From positions 256,001 to 320,000 of the forward strand of contig JAUVNS010000001.1 in the NCBI GenBank assembly GCA_030599585.1: a stretch of DNA of 64,000 bases. Reading direction: 5' to 3'. This DNA is from Promethearchaeota archaeon. GTDB taxonomy: Archaea > Asgardarchaeota > Lokiarchaeia > Sigyniarchaeales > SOKP01. Position numbers and translations under genes: made by a program. The notes below the pieces were generated by a model, which made no database searches, had not been told where the DNA came from, and was given only the letters and a program-made list of their open reading frames with translations. The number at the start of each line of letters is the position of its first letter. Positions within the stretch are counted from its first letter, which is position 1. Shown here piece after piece: positions 38,103 through 48,232 of this stretch.

Positions 38103-38168
38103 TATTTAAAGAAAAAGTGTAATTTCTTAATTTTTTCCAAATCTGATGCGTGATTTTTCTTTTATATA
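38103..38168. promoter_or_regulatory. Back-to-back pair of pyrimidine-BRE/TATA motifs: TTTTTCTTTAAATA (minus, 38103-38116) and TTTTTCTTTTATATA (plus, 38154-38168)
   Basis: Read directly; divergent region; each motif points toward its own gene. Confidence 0.7.
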
Positions 38169-38228
38169 TCACTATTTTATCGAATATTTAAAACGAAAAC
38201 ATCCTCAATAACTAATTTCTTCGTATCT

Positions 38229-38582
38229 ATGATGATCTGTGAATACTGTGGTGAATCATTCAAGATTCAGGGCTCTGAAAAAAAATTAGTAGAGCATGTG
38301 AATATAGCGCAAAAAACTAGAAGACATTGCTTCTGTTCACTTAGATGTAAAGATAAATGGTCTCTTCAAGTTCAAAATAGGAAATCACGAATGCTTGTTA
38401 TTTGGGCAATAGGCTCTTATTTAGATAAGTATTTTTTCCTCAAAAAACTCATGAAAGTACGTAGCCCGTCATTATTGGGTTCAGAGACAAAAAAAACGTA
38501 TTTCAAATCTAATTTCGACGAGATAGAAACGTTGGAATTGATTAAATCTAACGGTAAAAAGGTTTTAAAAGTAAAGACTTAA
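38229..38582 (+). CDS. TRASH/MYM-type zinc-finger protein
   Basis: CEYCG...FCSLRC. Confidence 0.65.
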   Translation: MMICEYCGESFKIQGSEKKLVEHVNIAQKTRRHCFCSLRCKDKWSLQVQNRKSRMLVIWAIGSYLDKYFFLKKLMKVRSPSLLGSETKKTYFKSNFDEIETLELIKSNGKKVLKVKT

Positions 38583-38586
38583 TTCA

Positions 38587-38877
38587 TTACTTTCGAGGTT
38601 CGATATGCTCGAGGGATGAGAGATAGCTCAACGAGAAATCGTGGTAACCGTCTTTAGAAGGGGATCTTCTTCCTTCCGCTCGAATATAATGTCCAACGCG
38701 AGGTAAAAATCCGTATGAATTTATTTTTGAAGCATTAACTAATACTGAATACATTTCGATTCCCACGCGAACGGTTAATGACATATAACCATAAGTGTAG
38801 GCTCGAGAAATGCGCTTCTCACCCCCCCTGACTTCTACAATTCGTCCTTCAATTGTAGTTTTTCCCTTAAACGACAT
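38587..38877 (-). CDS. Small OB-fold protein
   Basis: IEGRIVEV...LTVRVG...PRVGHYIRAEGR; start set to MSFKG to avoid overlap. Confidence 0.6.
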   Translation of the reverse strand: MSFKGKTTIEGRIVEVRGGEKRISRAYTYGYMSLTVRVGIEMYSVLVNASKINSYGFLPRVGHYIRAEGRRSPSKDGYHDFSLSYLSSLEHIEPRK

Positions 38878-38884
38878 ATTTGGG

Positions 38885-39286
38885 TTAGAAAAAGGGACCA
38901 AATTTTTTATAGACTCGAATTAAATTGTCGCGATAAAACTGTATTTTTTCGTCGTGAGGGTTTTTTTCAGCTGCAGCCTTCATGATCTCTTCCGCTTTTT
39001 CTAGTTCACCTTTATCTAAAAAAGTGATCGTAAGTAATCCCCACGCTTCTATAAGAGTGTTGTTTAATTCTGTAGCGGTTTCAAAACTAGTAATTGCGAC
39101 ATCTAACTTGCCAATACGACGGTTGACGATACCCAAGTAAAGCCAAGCTTGATCGTTCGAAGGATCTCTATCCAAAAGCTTATTTACGGCTGATAACGCT
39201 TTATCGTTGTCTTGCTCAGCCAAATATTTGTTGACGAGCTCAAAAACTTCGTTGTTCTTAATTTCATCTAGTGCCATGCTATTCAA
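38885..39286 (-). CDS. Tetratricopeptide repeat protein
   Basis: DPSNDQAWLYLG...AITSFETATELN...AWGLL. Confidence 0.85.
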   Translation of the reverse strand: MNSMALDEIKNNEVFELVNKYLAEQDNDKALSAVNKLLDRDPSNDQAWLYLGIVNRRIGKLDVAITSFETATELNNTLIEAWGLLTITFLDKGELEKAEEIMKAAAEKNPHDEKIQFYRDNLIRVYKKFGPFF

Positions 39287-39432
39287 AGCTTTTTGTAATT
39301 GTTTTTGTTACGTTATGTTAATTGTAACTTACTTATGCAAACTTATAAAGATATAATATTAAATCTTTATAAAAAAAAAGTATACGATTAGAATAACACA
39401 ACAAATCAAGTTCGAGTATCTAAAAAGTTAGG

Positions 39433-39696
39433 TTAAAATAGCTCAGGATGCTTTTTCTCGATATTATTGAGAGTCGACACGAGATCGTAGAGAAGTTTTT
39501 CATCCTGACAAAGGTTTATTGACTCAGATAACTTATTGAGAAGTGAGTTCGCAATATTTTTTTCAAATTCAGTAAGATTTGGGGATTTATTTTGGAATAT
39601 CTCGTCAAATTCTGTTTCAAACCAATATAAGTGTTGTTGGAATTCTTCTTTTTGCAGACTTTCACTATTATAGTTAAGAAACATATGTCTCCTCAA
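39433..39696 (-). CDS. Hypothetical protein
   Basis: ORF track. Confidence 0.6.
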   Translation of the reverse strand: MRRHMFLNYNSESLQKEEFQQHLYWFETEFDEIFQNKSPNLTEFEKNIANSLLNKLSESINLCQDEKLLYDLVSTLNNIEKKHPELF

Positions 39697-39987
39697 TTTT
39701 ACTTTTAGAAAATTATATTGAACTACAATAATAGTTATAAAACTTATTTAAAAACTTAAGTATCTCTGCGGGTTTTCTAATATGTCCTAAGACAAAAGGG
39801 AAAATACGTATAAAATTAAAGAAGGTAAATAAGTCGGATTGGGAATCTCGAATAATCTAAAAATTAGAGCGCCAGTTCGCAACTTTAAATATATTTGTAG
39901 AATAATAATATTTTTGTCGAAGCTTAGAATAAAAAACAAAAAAAAGTGTTTTAATATTGTATTTTGTATCTAGAATTATTATGGTGG

Positions 39988-40398
39988 TTAGTTAACTAGA
40001 ATGTCTAGTGATACTAATCCAAAAATAGAACCAAATAAGATTGCTATTATGAAGAGAATTACTTGAATAACTAAAATTAATTGAATAGATTCTCCTCTAT
40101 CCTTCTTATAATACCTCATAGCTAATATAACACCTACAATCGTATTTATAATCAACCTCATATAGTCGATGAATAGAGTATCTCCAGCGAAGAATGATAG
40201 TGGAATACCGATTGCGAGAGTAATTATTAACCATATTATGTTAATCTTCAAAGGAATGCTAAAGGAATCGTCCCACTTCTTTGAACTAGCATACATTTGC
40301 ATAATATAAGTGCCTGCGATAAATAAAATGAGTGATGTCGCAAGATATGAAATCAATACAAAAGTAATTACCGTAGCATAATCTAATTGAAAAATCAT
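39988..40398 (-). CDS. Hypothetical 4-TM membrane protein
   Basis: ORF track. Confidence 0.65.
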   Translation of the reverse strand: MIFQLDYATVITFVLISYLATSLILFIAGTYIMQMYASSKKWDDSFSIPLKINIIWLIITLAIGIPLSFFAGDTLFIDYMRLIINTIVGVILAMRYYKKDRGESIQLILVIQVILFIIAILFGSIFGLVSLDILVN

Positions 40399-40565
40399 TG
40401 TTATTTCCTAATTTATAGTTTAATAGATAATCAACTGAAATTTTTACCTTATTTATAGTTTTTATTTATAAAAAAAGTTCTGCCATTAAGAACATAAATG
40501 GTTTATAAACATCCAAACTAAGATATTAAGATCGTGAAAGCACACTTTCACGAAGAAAAAAAGTA

Positions 40566-41342
40566 TTATTTATCTTGAAACGATTCAGCATTAAACTCCT
40601 TCAGATCGTCCGGTGGCCATGCACGAGGTGTTTTGTAATTTTTTACGAATCTGTGCGTACAAAGCGGAGCACCAAATCCAAGAGCCTGAGTCCGAGAAAA
40701 ACCAAATCCTAAACCTTCAGCTTCGTAGTAATCTCCTAGGCAAATGAACGGAAGATATTTCTCGTCACCTAACTTCTTATAGGCTTTTTGAACACCACAT
40801 TCCGTAATGTCCCAGCCCCATTCAAAAGTATCTCCTTCTCCCTTACTCTCTATGAAATCCATTACCCAATCGTCTGGATAGAGGTTCATTTGCGTATCTT
40901 CAGTTAATTTTTTTTGGTAATCCCTATAAACAGGATCGAAAGGGTATTCGGATGGGTCTCTTCCCGCCTTTTCTAGAGCTTCTTTTCTTAGTTTAAGGGC
41001 TGTCATTACATAATTATAATGAAATTCTCCGATTTCTCTGAATGAAAATCCTTCTTTTTCTAATGTGCGAAATATAGCGAGATCAGACATGCATTTTACA
41101 AGGACTAAAGTGAGAGGACTCTTTTGTCCACCAATATAGGGAATATCGGGTAAAATCTTCTCGAATTCCTCCTTCATTTGATTTAATAGTTCTTCGGATT
41201 TCTTGTCGTCAAATTTCTTGCAAAGTTCCTCATTTACTACAGTTAAACGCTCGTCAAAGCTCCTCAAGAATTTTGATTTCTTTCTAATGTAAAAATCATC
41301 CACGATTTTAGCTACCATACTTATTATTTTAGGATCACACAT
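40566..41342 (-). CDS. L-2-amino-thiazoline-4-carboxylic acid hydrolase-like protein
   Basis: IPYIGG, DITECG, ICLGDY and RTQALGFGAPLCTHRF motifs. Confidence 0.8.
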   Translation of the reverse strand: MCDPKIISMVAKIVDDFYIRKKSKFLRSFDERLTVVNEELCKKFDDKKSEELLNQMKEEFEKILPDIPYIGGQKSPLTLVLVKCMSDLAIFRTLEKEGFSFREIGEFHYNYVMTALKLRKEALEKAGRDPSEYPFDPVYRDYQKKLTEDTQMNLYPDDWVMDFIESKGEGDTFEWGWDITECGVQKAYKKLGDEKYLPFICLGDYYEAEGLGFGFSRTQALGFGAPLCTHRFVKNYKTPRAWPPDDLKEFNAESFQDK

Positions 41343-41356
41343 TATAAACTATAACA

Positions 41357-42346
41357 TTGACGAAGGAAAAAATTGTAGATTCTGTCCTTGATGCTAATAG
41401 AAAACAGGAAATCATAGCATATCTTTTATTGATTTTAACTACGATTATCTGGGGATTTACATGGCCTTTAGGGCGATGGTTAGTCTCAGAGGAAGTTGGA
41501 GGTGATACTATCCCTCCCTTTATGATTGCGGTGATTCGGTATTTCCTAGCCGTAATTTGTTTTTTTTTTATTCTTAGATTCAAGGAAGGAACTTTAAACT
41601 GGCATTTTGCTAAAAAGAACTGGAAGATTTTAAGTTTAATGGGACTGTTATCGGTGACAATTTATCAAGCGGGTTATTTAATTGGAGAGCTTCTTACCAG
41701 TGCGAGCGATGCCAGTATAATGGTGGCAACAAATGCAGTTTGGGTAATAATCATTTCAAGTGCTTTCTTAAAAACTGAACGATTTGCGTGGAGAAAGATG
41801 GTTGGTTCGTTATTAGCATTCACTGCAGTAGTCATTGTTGTAGGGTTTTCTCCGAATGTAAATGTTGAGAATAGAATTCTGGGGGATATTATGATACTAC
41901 TGGGGGCATTTGCATACGCCACTTATACGGTTATTTCCCGGTTTTTCTTGAATAAAACTCGCGAAGATACTGAATCCTATCAACCAAGCTCTATTTGGAT
42001 CATGACCTGGATTTCCTTGTTTGGATTTTTGATAACCACTCCGATCGCATTAGCTATTAGTCCAGAATTCTTAATTCCAGCAACATATTTAACCATTCCA
42101 CCTAGAATCTGGATAGGTATCTCGTATCTAGCATTTATCTCTACGATTGGGGCATATACATTCTACTTAGAAGGAGTTAAACGGTTGAATGCTAGTAGAG
42201 CAGCTATTTTTCAAGCTTTGGTTCCATTATTTGGGGTACTTTTCTCTGCAATATTTTTGCTCGAAGAATTTGATGTAGTTGTTTATCCTGTTGCCCTATT
42301 ATTGGTTATCTTAGGAATTATTCTGGTGAATTTAAAAAAAAATTAG
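41357..42346 (+). CDS. EamA/DMT family transporter
   Basis: 10 TM; IIWGFTW...IRY; GVKRLNASRAAIF. Confidence 0.9.
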   Translation: MTKEKIVDSVLDANRKQEIIAYLLLILTTIIWGFTWPLGRWLVSEEVGGDTIPPFMIAVIRYFLAVICFFFILRFKEGTLNWHFAKKNWKILSLMGLLSVTIYQAGYLIGELLTSASDASIMVATNAVWVIIISSAFLKTERFAWRKMVGSLLAFTAVVIVVGFSPNVNVENRILGDIMILLGAFAYATYTVISRFFLNKTREDTESYQPSSIWIMTWISLFGFLITTPIALAISPEFLIPATYLTIPPRIWIGISYLAFISTIGAYTFYLEGVKRLNASRAAIFQALVPLFGVLFSAIFLLEEFDVVVYPVALLLVILGIILVNLKKN

Positions 42347-42542
42347 AGTAAGCAAAATATTAACAGGGATTAGGAAAACCAAAAATAGCCTTATTGTAAA
42401 TATCGAAAATCAGATAAAAATTCCAATCTAAGCCTTACATTTATGTATAGATTTAACTCTTTTTAAACTAAATATCTATACATTTATATTAACGGAAGTT
42501 GATGAATGCCTAACAAAAATTTATAAAAAAAGAGGAAAAATC

Positions 42543-43916
42543 ATGGGAGAAAATAAAAGTTCAACATTAGCTATTATTGCTGTTATTATTGCAGCTTCTG
42601 GCTTAGGTGTCGGAGCATATTCAATATTTATCGAGGGTCCTCCAGGACAAGATGGAACAAACGGACTAGATGGTTTAGATGGTACAGATGGTTTAGATGG
42701 TACAGATGGTTTAAATGGCACGGATGGTATAGACGCTCTAGGAGGGATCGTGGTAGGTGTTTTAGAACCGGACCATGGAGAAATTGTTTCGGGTAATGTT
42801 ACAATCCGGGCTTTAATTTCGGGAAGTGATAGTTATACTGTCCAAGTTCTTATTAATGGTTGGTTGAATGCAACTTACGTTCCATTTCAGTGGAATACTT
42901 TAGAAGTAAGTGATGGTTTGTGGAATATTACTGTTATTGCGACTGATGTGGGATCTAATAATGTTAGCCAAAATGTAGTTATTGTATACGTAAAGAATCC
43001 AAGCGATACCAACATCTATTATTGCTCATCCCAATCTGAAATAGAGTTAGCTCTAAGCTCAATTGGCACTGGCCATGGGACGATTATGATAACCGAAGAT
43101 ATAACGCTTACTAGCACTATTAATCTAGATGACGGTGGAAGCTATGTTATTCAAGGTGTAGGTTCAATCACGATTGATCGCAATGCGGATGATGAGACGT
43201 TCTCAATCACAAATACTCAATCTTGTATTATAAGAGATTTAATGATAGACGCATCTGATCTCACGGGGGAAAATCGTGCAATAAGTATAATTGATTATAA
43301 TACTAATCTTCTTCACATTGAAAATGTTAAGGTATACGGCGATGGGGGGGGCTATGGAATTTATGTAATATCTTACGATGTATCAATTAATAATTGTGAT
43401 TTTTATAATTTAACTACTGGAATTTATGCCATGTCGGCACATAGACATCGTATTACAGGAAATTTAATTCAATATATGACTGAACATGGAATCCTTGCTT
43501 TTACTAATATTGAAGGTGTTATAACTGACAATATTATTAGATATTGTTATGATGGAATTGAAATACGGCATTGCATGCTTACCACAGTTTCTAACAATGT
43601 TATAAGAAATATTGGGCGCTATGGAATTTACATAAGCGGTTATGGATGTACTTTTACAGGAAATAGTATTGCATATGATAATTTTGTAAATAACGCAGAT
43701 GTTTACGGAATTTTAGTGGCTTCTTTTTATTATTATAATACTATTGTAGGTAATGTGATAAGTTTAATTGATGCTGACGGAACGGGTACAGGCTATGGTA
43801 TGACGATCAATGGTGATAACAATACAGTTGTTGGTAATACACTTTACGATAATGACAATAATACCATCAATGATTTTGGGCTTAACAATGTAATAGAACA
43901 TAATATTGAAGGTTAA
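42543..43916 (+). CDS. Membrane-anchored surface protein: short collagen-like segment, Ig-like domain, right-handed beta-helix
   Basis: GPPGQDGTNGLDG..., FQWNT...DGLWNITVIATD, parallel beta-helix repeats. Confidence 0.85.
   Translation: MGENKSSTLAIIAVIIAASGLGVGAYSIFIEGPPGQDGTNGLDGLDGTDGLDGTDGLNGTDGIDALGGIVVGVLEPDHGEIVSGNVTIRALISGSDSYTVQVLINGWLNATYVPFQWNTLEVSDGLWNITVIATDVGSNNVSQNVVIVYVKNPSDTNIYYCSSQSEIELALSSIGTGHGTIMITEDITLTSTINLDDGGSYVIQGVGSITIDRNADDETFSITNTQSCIIRDLMIDASDLTGENRAISIIDYNTNLLHIENVKVYGDGGGYGIYVISYDVSINNCDFYNLTTGIYAMSAHRHRITGNLIQYMTEHGILAFTNIEGVITDNIIRYCYDGIEIRHCMLTTVSNNVIRNIGRYGIYISGYGCTFTGNSIAYDNFVNNADVYGILVASFYYYNTIVGNVISLIDADGTGTGYGMTINGDNNTVVGNTLYDNDNNTINDFGLNNVIEHNIEG
42669..42713 (+). 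repeat. 2.5 copies of the 18-bp repeat GATGGTTTAGATGGTACA (Gly-X-Asp collagen-like coding repeat)
   Basis: Read directly. Confidence 0.85.
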
Positions 43917-43989
43917 AGTAAAAATCTTAAAGTCATTAAATTTTAATCTTTTTTTTTTTTCATTGTTTTACAAGAGATGAGAATATTAA

Positions 43990-44439
43990 ATGAGAATTCC
44001 GATACAAGTATTAATATATCCAGTTAGAAAAATAAATGAAGATTGGGAGTATCTAATGCTTAGAAGGGTTGAAAATCGAGGGGGTTTTTGGCAAGGCGTA
44101 ACAGGAGCTCCTGAAAACGATGAAACTCTTTCAGAGGGCGCAAAAAGAGAATTATACGAAGAAACTGGTTATATTCCATTGAATTTAATAAAAACAGACA
44201 TCTCCTATATAATTCCAATGGAAGATAGATGGAAAGAAATCTATCCTGAAGGCACCACAGAAATCCCTGAATATCTTTTTATTGCCAAAATAGATGAATC
44301 TAGCCCACCTAAAATAGACCCTATTGAACACAACGCTTGGAAATGGTGTTCATACGAAGAGGCTATGAACCTCCTATCATTGGAAGATAATAAAAGAGCT
44401 CTCGAATTCGTTCATACGTTTTTAGGAAAAGAAGAGTAA
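43990..44439 (+). CDS. NUDIX hydrolase (NudB-like)
   Basis: WQGVTG...AKRELYEETG Nudix box; EH motif. Confidence 0.9.
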   Translation: MRIPIQVLIYPVRKINEDWEYLMLRRVENRGGFWQGVTGAPENDETLSEGAKRELYEETGYIPLNLIKTDISYIIPMEDRWKEIYPEGTTEIPEYLFIAKIDESSPPKIDPIEHNAWKWCSYEEAMNLLSLEDNKRALEFVHTFLGKEE

Positions 44440-44473
44440 TTGGTAAACTCTCTATAAATCGCTTCCCTCTTTC

Positions 44474-45589
44474 TTATTTGAGTATTTGAACCTCATTTTT
44501 TCCTTTCGCTTCTACTAATTTTTCCCCAATGTTAGCTATTCTGCGTGCTAGTTCAGAAATCTTCCATTTTTCGTATCCCTTTACATATGTAGAAAAAGTA
44601 TCTTGTAGTGGTTCGCTCCATTTTGAAGGAATGTTATCAGCACTTAATTGAGCACCAAGTATCGCACCAATATTCCCACAATTACAATCGGTATCGTATC
44701 CCATCATAGCCGCCACACAAATAGACCTACCAAGAGGATCTTCTTTGTCCTGAACACCATATAGAAGAGAAAGAATAATAATTCCTATATTTGGAAGGAC
44801 GTGCACTTTTGACTCCACTCCTTTCAATATTAATGCTCTTTTCGATTCTGAAGTAGGTTCTCTATTGATTAAATCTTCTTTTATCTTTCTCCAATACTCG
44901 TTTATTAAAATTTCTCTCGCTTTTCTGAAGTCGTCTGGATTTTGTTCATACAGATTTATAGCTTTTTTTACGGTTTGAGTATATAAACTAACGTGTTCAT
45001 TAGGTAAAAATGTAAGAGCCTGGTCTATATTTTTTCTTAAATTATTTTCAAAAAAGGCGTTTGAAATTAAGATCGCAACAAAAACTTCACCTTCTATACC
45101 AATCCACGCATGGGAGATTGATCCATCCTTTACACTATAATACTTAGCGATTTCTGGACACCCTGGGGCAATCTGACCCCAAATATCTGCTCTCATTTGA
45201 GCGCCAATAAAATCATAATATGGGTTAGCATATGTCCCCGATTTCGGAGGGAAAATCCCCGATCTAATGTTATTTAAAGCCACTTTTTCGGCAGTAAAAA
45301 CTGCTTTATCGTATTTCAGGAGATTTACCCATTCTAAGGCAATATCCCTTGCGGTTAAATCTATTCCGTATTTCTCTAAGGATATAAGTGCGATGATTTC
45401 ATACATTTCGTCGTCGTTGACATAGTTCAAATTGATTTTCTTTGGATAATAATCAATTTCGCCGTATCTTCGCTGAATTGTTTTAACAGGTCTTAATTCT
45501 AAGGGCGCTCCAACGAAATCTCCAGCAACTCTACCAATCCAAGAGCCATAAACTTTATTGTAATATATTTCAGAAGTTATTTCTTTCAT
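44474..45589 (-). CDS. ADP-ribosylglycohydrolase family protein
   Basis: GDFVGAPLE, NDD, GAQMRAD and GYDTDCN motifs. Confidence 0.9.
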   Translation of the reverse strand: MKEITSEIYYNKVYGSWIGRVAGDFVGAPLELRPVKTIQRRYGEIDYYPKKINLNYVNDDEMYEIIALISLEKYGIDLTARDIALEWVNLLKYDKAVFTAEKVALNNIRSGIFPPKSGTYANPYYDFIGAQMRADIWGQIAPGCPEIAKYYSVKDGSISHAWIGIEGEVFVAILISNAFFENNLRKNIDQALTFLPNEHVSLYTQTVKKAINLYEQNPDDFRKAREILINEYWRKIKEDLINREPTSESKRALILKGVESKVHVLPNIGIIILSLLYGVQDKEDPLGRSICVAAMMGYDTDCNCGNIGAILGAQLSADNIPSKWSEPLQDTFSTYVKGYEKWKISELARRIANIGEKLVEAKGKNEVQILK

Positions 45590-45823
45590 GTCTAACCCGA
45601 ATTTTGTTGTTAGGAAAGTACTTTCTAAAAAAAATGCACCCCAAATGTTAAATCTTCTGTCTCAAATTACTCGAATTATTTTCTTTATTTCTTTAATAAA
45701 TGACCAGAAATATGCTACAACAAATTTAAACGCTAATAACACAGATAGTCTAAAATGATGTTAAGAGTTCAACCTAAGTTTCGGATTGTAAACTATTAAT
45801 GAACTTTATCACATATTATAATT

Positions 45824-46186
45824 ATGATAGAATATTGTATACAGAAGGAAAGAAAGATGAGTGTAGTTGAAATGCTAGGACCTGAAATAACTACCAAACC
45901 TGTAGTGATAGATAATAAGAATGAAAGAAAAAGTTTACCCATGTATGGCATGGTATCATTACTTTTCGTTTTGGTTGGAGTTATAGTAGTGTCGATTAAT
46001 TTTAGCAATCTCAGTATTTCACTCGCGACACCAGTCTTACTAGTTTCGGTAATCACTGCAGGAGCAGGGATCGAAGCGGATGTTGTAAGAGGAATTTCTA
46101 TAATCGGACTTATCTCGGGTATTGTCTTTTTATTAATTAGTCTGTCACCCGTAATCCTATATGTAGCTGGAATATCTGCTTATTAG
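45824..46186 (+). CDS. Hypothetical membrane protein
   Basis: ORF track; 3 TM. Confidence 0.6.
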   Translation: MIEYCIQKERKMSVVEMLGPEITTKPVVIDNKNERKSLPMYGMVSLLFVLVGVIVVSINFSNLSISLATPVLLVSVITAGAGIEADVVRGISIIGLISGIVFLLISLSPVILYVAGISAY

Positions 46187-46312
46187 TTATTGTGGAACTT
46201 AGCGCATAAGTTTGTTATATTTTTTTCTTTTTATATTTCATTTACTTGATTGTTGATTGGTTAAAACCTTTAACTAAAAATAAAAAGAAATCCTATCCAA
46301 TTATAAAATATC

Positions 46313-46597
46313 ATGGAGCAAAAAAATCAAAAGGAAAATAAGTCAATAGATTTTGATACGATTGACGAAGTTGATTCTTTGAATCAAATGAAAGTAGATA
46401 TTAATTATTTTTTGGCTGCAATAGTCAAAATGAAGCTGGTGGACAATTTTGATCACACCATTCCCTCGGGTTTAACATCATTTGCTCAATTTTTCTTCTC
46501 TTACCATGAAATTATTTATCGAAATCAAGAAGTGCCAAACAAAATCTATACACTATTTTTAGAGTGGTTAAATAAGAAAATTTTAGATTTCAAGTGA
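46313..46597 (+). CDS. Hypothetical protein
   Basis: ORF track. Confidence 0.55.
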   Translation: MEQKNQKENKSIDFDTIDEVDSLNQMKVDINYFLAAIVKMKLVDNFDHTIPSGLTSFAQFFFSYHEIIYRNQEVPNKIYTLFLEWLNKKILDFK

Positions 46598-46635
46598 TTT
46601 TTATAAAAAAGAAGTAAAAAAAAGAGAGAATTTGA

Positions 46636-48111
46636 TTATAACTTTCCTTTAATTTTAATGGATAGTGTATAATATAACGCAAAAACAGAGTAAGCACTCA
46701 TAGGAATTAAGAAAATAACATATTCGTATGGCCAGAATGTATATCTAAGGATCATTGAAATAAAGCTAATCACTAAAAATCCCGTCCATACAGCTAAAAG
46801 TCTTGTATTTAGTGGTTTTTTATGTTTTTTAATTACAAAATGTAGTATTGTAGCAGCTATGGCATAACCTATAATTACGACAAGTTGAATGGGAACCCAA
46901 GAGGTTTGCGCCCAGAAAGTTAGAAACAAAATGCACGGAAATATAATGAAAAAATTCACGTAATATAATATTCTTCTTCCTAAATCTTTTTGCCGATCAA
47001 TTTTATACCAAATTATACCTACCCAAATAAATAAAAGCCACAGTGCTGCTAAATCTATTAACTCAAAAGGATCGAAGGGCAAATATATTCCATAATGAGT
47101 CCCCCAAAAAGCAGTTAAGATTCCAAATCCCAATATCTGGGTGAGTAATATGTGATATGTTGATCTCCCAATTAACGAAATTGTCTTCGAGATTTTTCTA
47201 GTTGAAGTATTGGGTAAAAATTTGAGTGCTAGCAAAACTAAGAACGCGGAATAAGGAAAAACCAAGAAATGGTAGTCTCCTCTTAGGAGGGGTGTGCCAT
47301 CAATCATGAACCTAAATCCAAAAAATTGGTATACAACAATGTAGGCTAAACTGATTGGATATATAATCCACATAAAAAAGTTATGTTTGCTCTGAAGGTC
47401 ATGATCCATAGAAAACCACATACCTAGCCCTACAGCTGAAAGATAAAATGGGATACTGGTCATGAACAAGGTTAAGATATGCGATTCTTCCCAGGTTGTT
47501 ATATCACCGATTACAAAAAAAACTGTGAGTTGCATAACAATTTCTACTACAACGGTTAAAATTAACGTCAGCACGGGTTTTTTAGTAAAACCCCAATACA
47601 ATAATGGCACGACGAGAATTGATTGCATTAAAACGGGAATGAACCAATTACCTGGTCCCCAAAATGGCATTATCAACCAGAATAAATTAATGATTCCGTA
47701 ATCGGGGGAATATTGCGTATCATACATTGCTATGAAATCGAATCCAAAGATAAACAAACCAATAAAAGTTGATGCGGCATATAGAATAAGAAAAGGAACA
47801 ATATAACGTAAAATCTTCTTCTTGAAATAACTCCAAGAATATAATTGCTTTAACGTTGTAGCACCTTGTCCTCTAAAAGAGAGTCCCATATTCAATCCCA
47901 TTACTACTAAAAAGACAGGTATCGAAATTCTCTCCCAGAGAGCGGCCCCAATTTCCCTTTTGACGTCCCAATATACATAATGATCAAAAATAACAAGAAA
48001 TATCATTACTGCTTTTAGAAAATCAATCTGAAAGAAAGAAGTTCTATCTTCTAATCCACTTGAAGTGGATATTTCATCTTGCTCAGTTATTTGAAAATTT
48101 TGATCGTTCAT
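46636..48111 (-). CDS. Acyltransferase-3 family membrane protein
   Basis: QIDFLKAVMIFLVIFDH, SIPVFLVVMG and IGRSTYHILL motifs. Confidence 0.85.
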   Translation of the reverse strand: MNDQNFQITEQDEISTSSGLEDRTSFFQIDFLKAVMIFLVIFDHYVYWDVKREIGAALWERISIPVFLVVMGLNMGLSFRGQGATTLKQLYSWSYFKKKILRYIVPFLILYAASTFIGLFIFGFDFIAMYDTQYSPDYGIINLFWLIMPFWGPGNWFIPVLMQSILVVPLLYWGFTKKPVLTLILTVVVEIVMQLTVFFVIGDITTWEESHILTLFMTSIPFYLSAVGLGMWFSMDHDLQSKHNFFMWIIYPISLAYIVVYQFFGFRFMIDGTPLLRGDYHFLVFPYSAFLVLLALKFLPNTSTRKISKTISLIGRSTYHILLTQILGFGILTAFWGTHYGIYLPFDPFELIDLAALWLLFIWVGIIWYKIDRQKDLGRRILYYVNFFIIFPCILFLTFWAQTSWVPIQLVVIIGYAIAATILHFVIKKHKKPLNTRLLAVWTGFLVISFISMILRYTFWPYEYVIFLIPMSAYSVFALYYTLSIKIKGKL

Positions 48112-48232
48112 TCTTTACATCATTTATTTTTAATTTTAATTCAGTCAGAGAATTGTTACTAATTCTAAACAAGATGTATCTTATTAACATTAAAGGAGTC
48201 CATTTTTTTTTTTTGATGGAATATAAAATATT

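Noticed and set aside
42640-42740. Short tandem repeat as a possible CRISPR or VNTR system
   Set aside because: It is an in-frame Gly-X-Y coding repeat with no spacers.
46221-46236. TTTTTTCTTTTTATAT resembling the special promoter motif
   Set aside because: It lies just after the stop of 45824-46186 and 76 nt from the next ATG, so it is better explained as a T-rich terminator.
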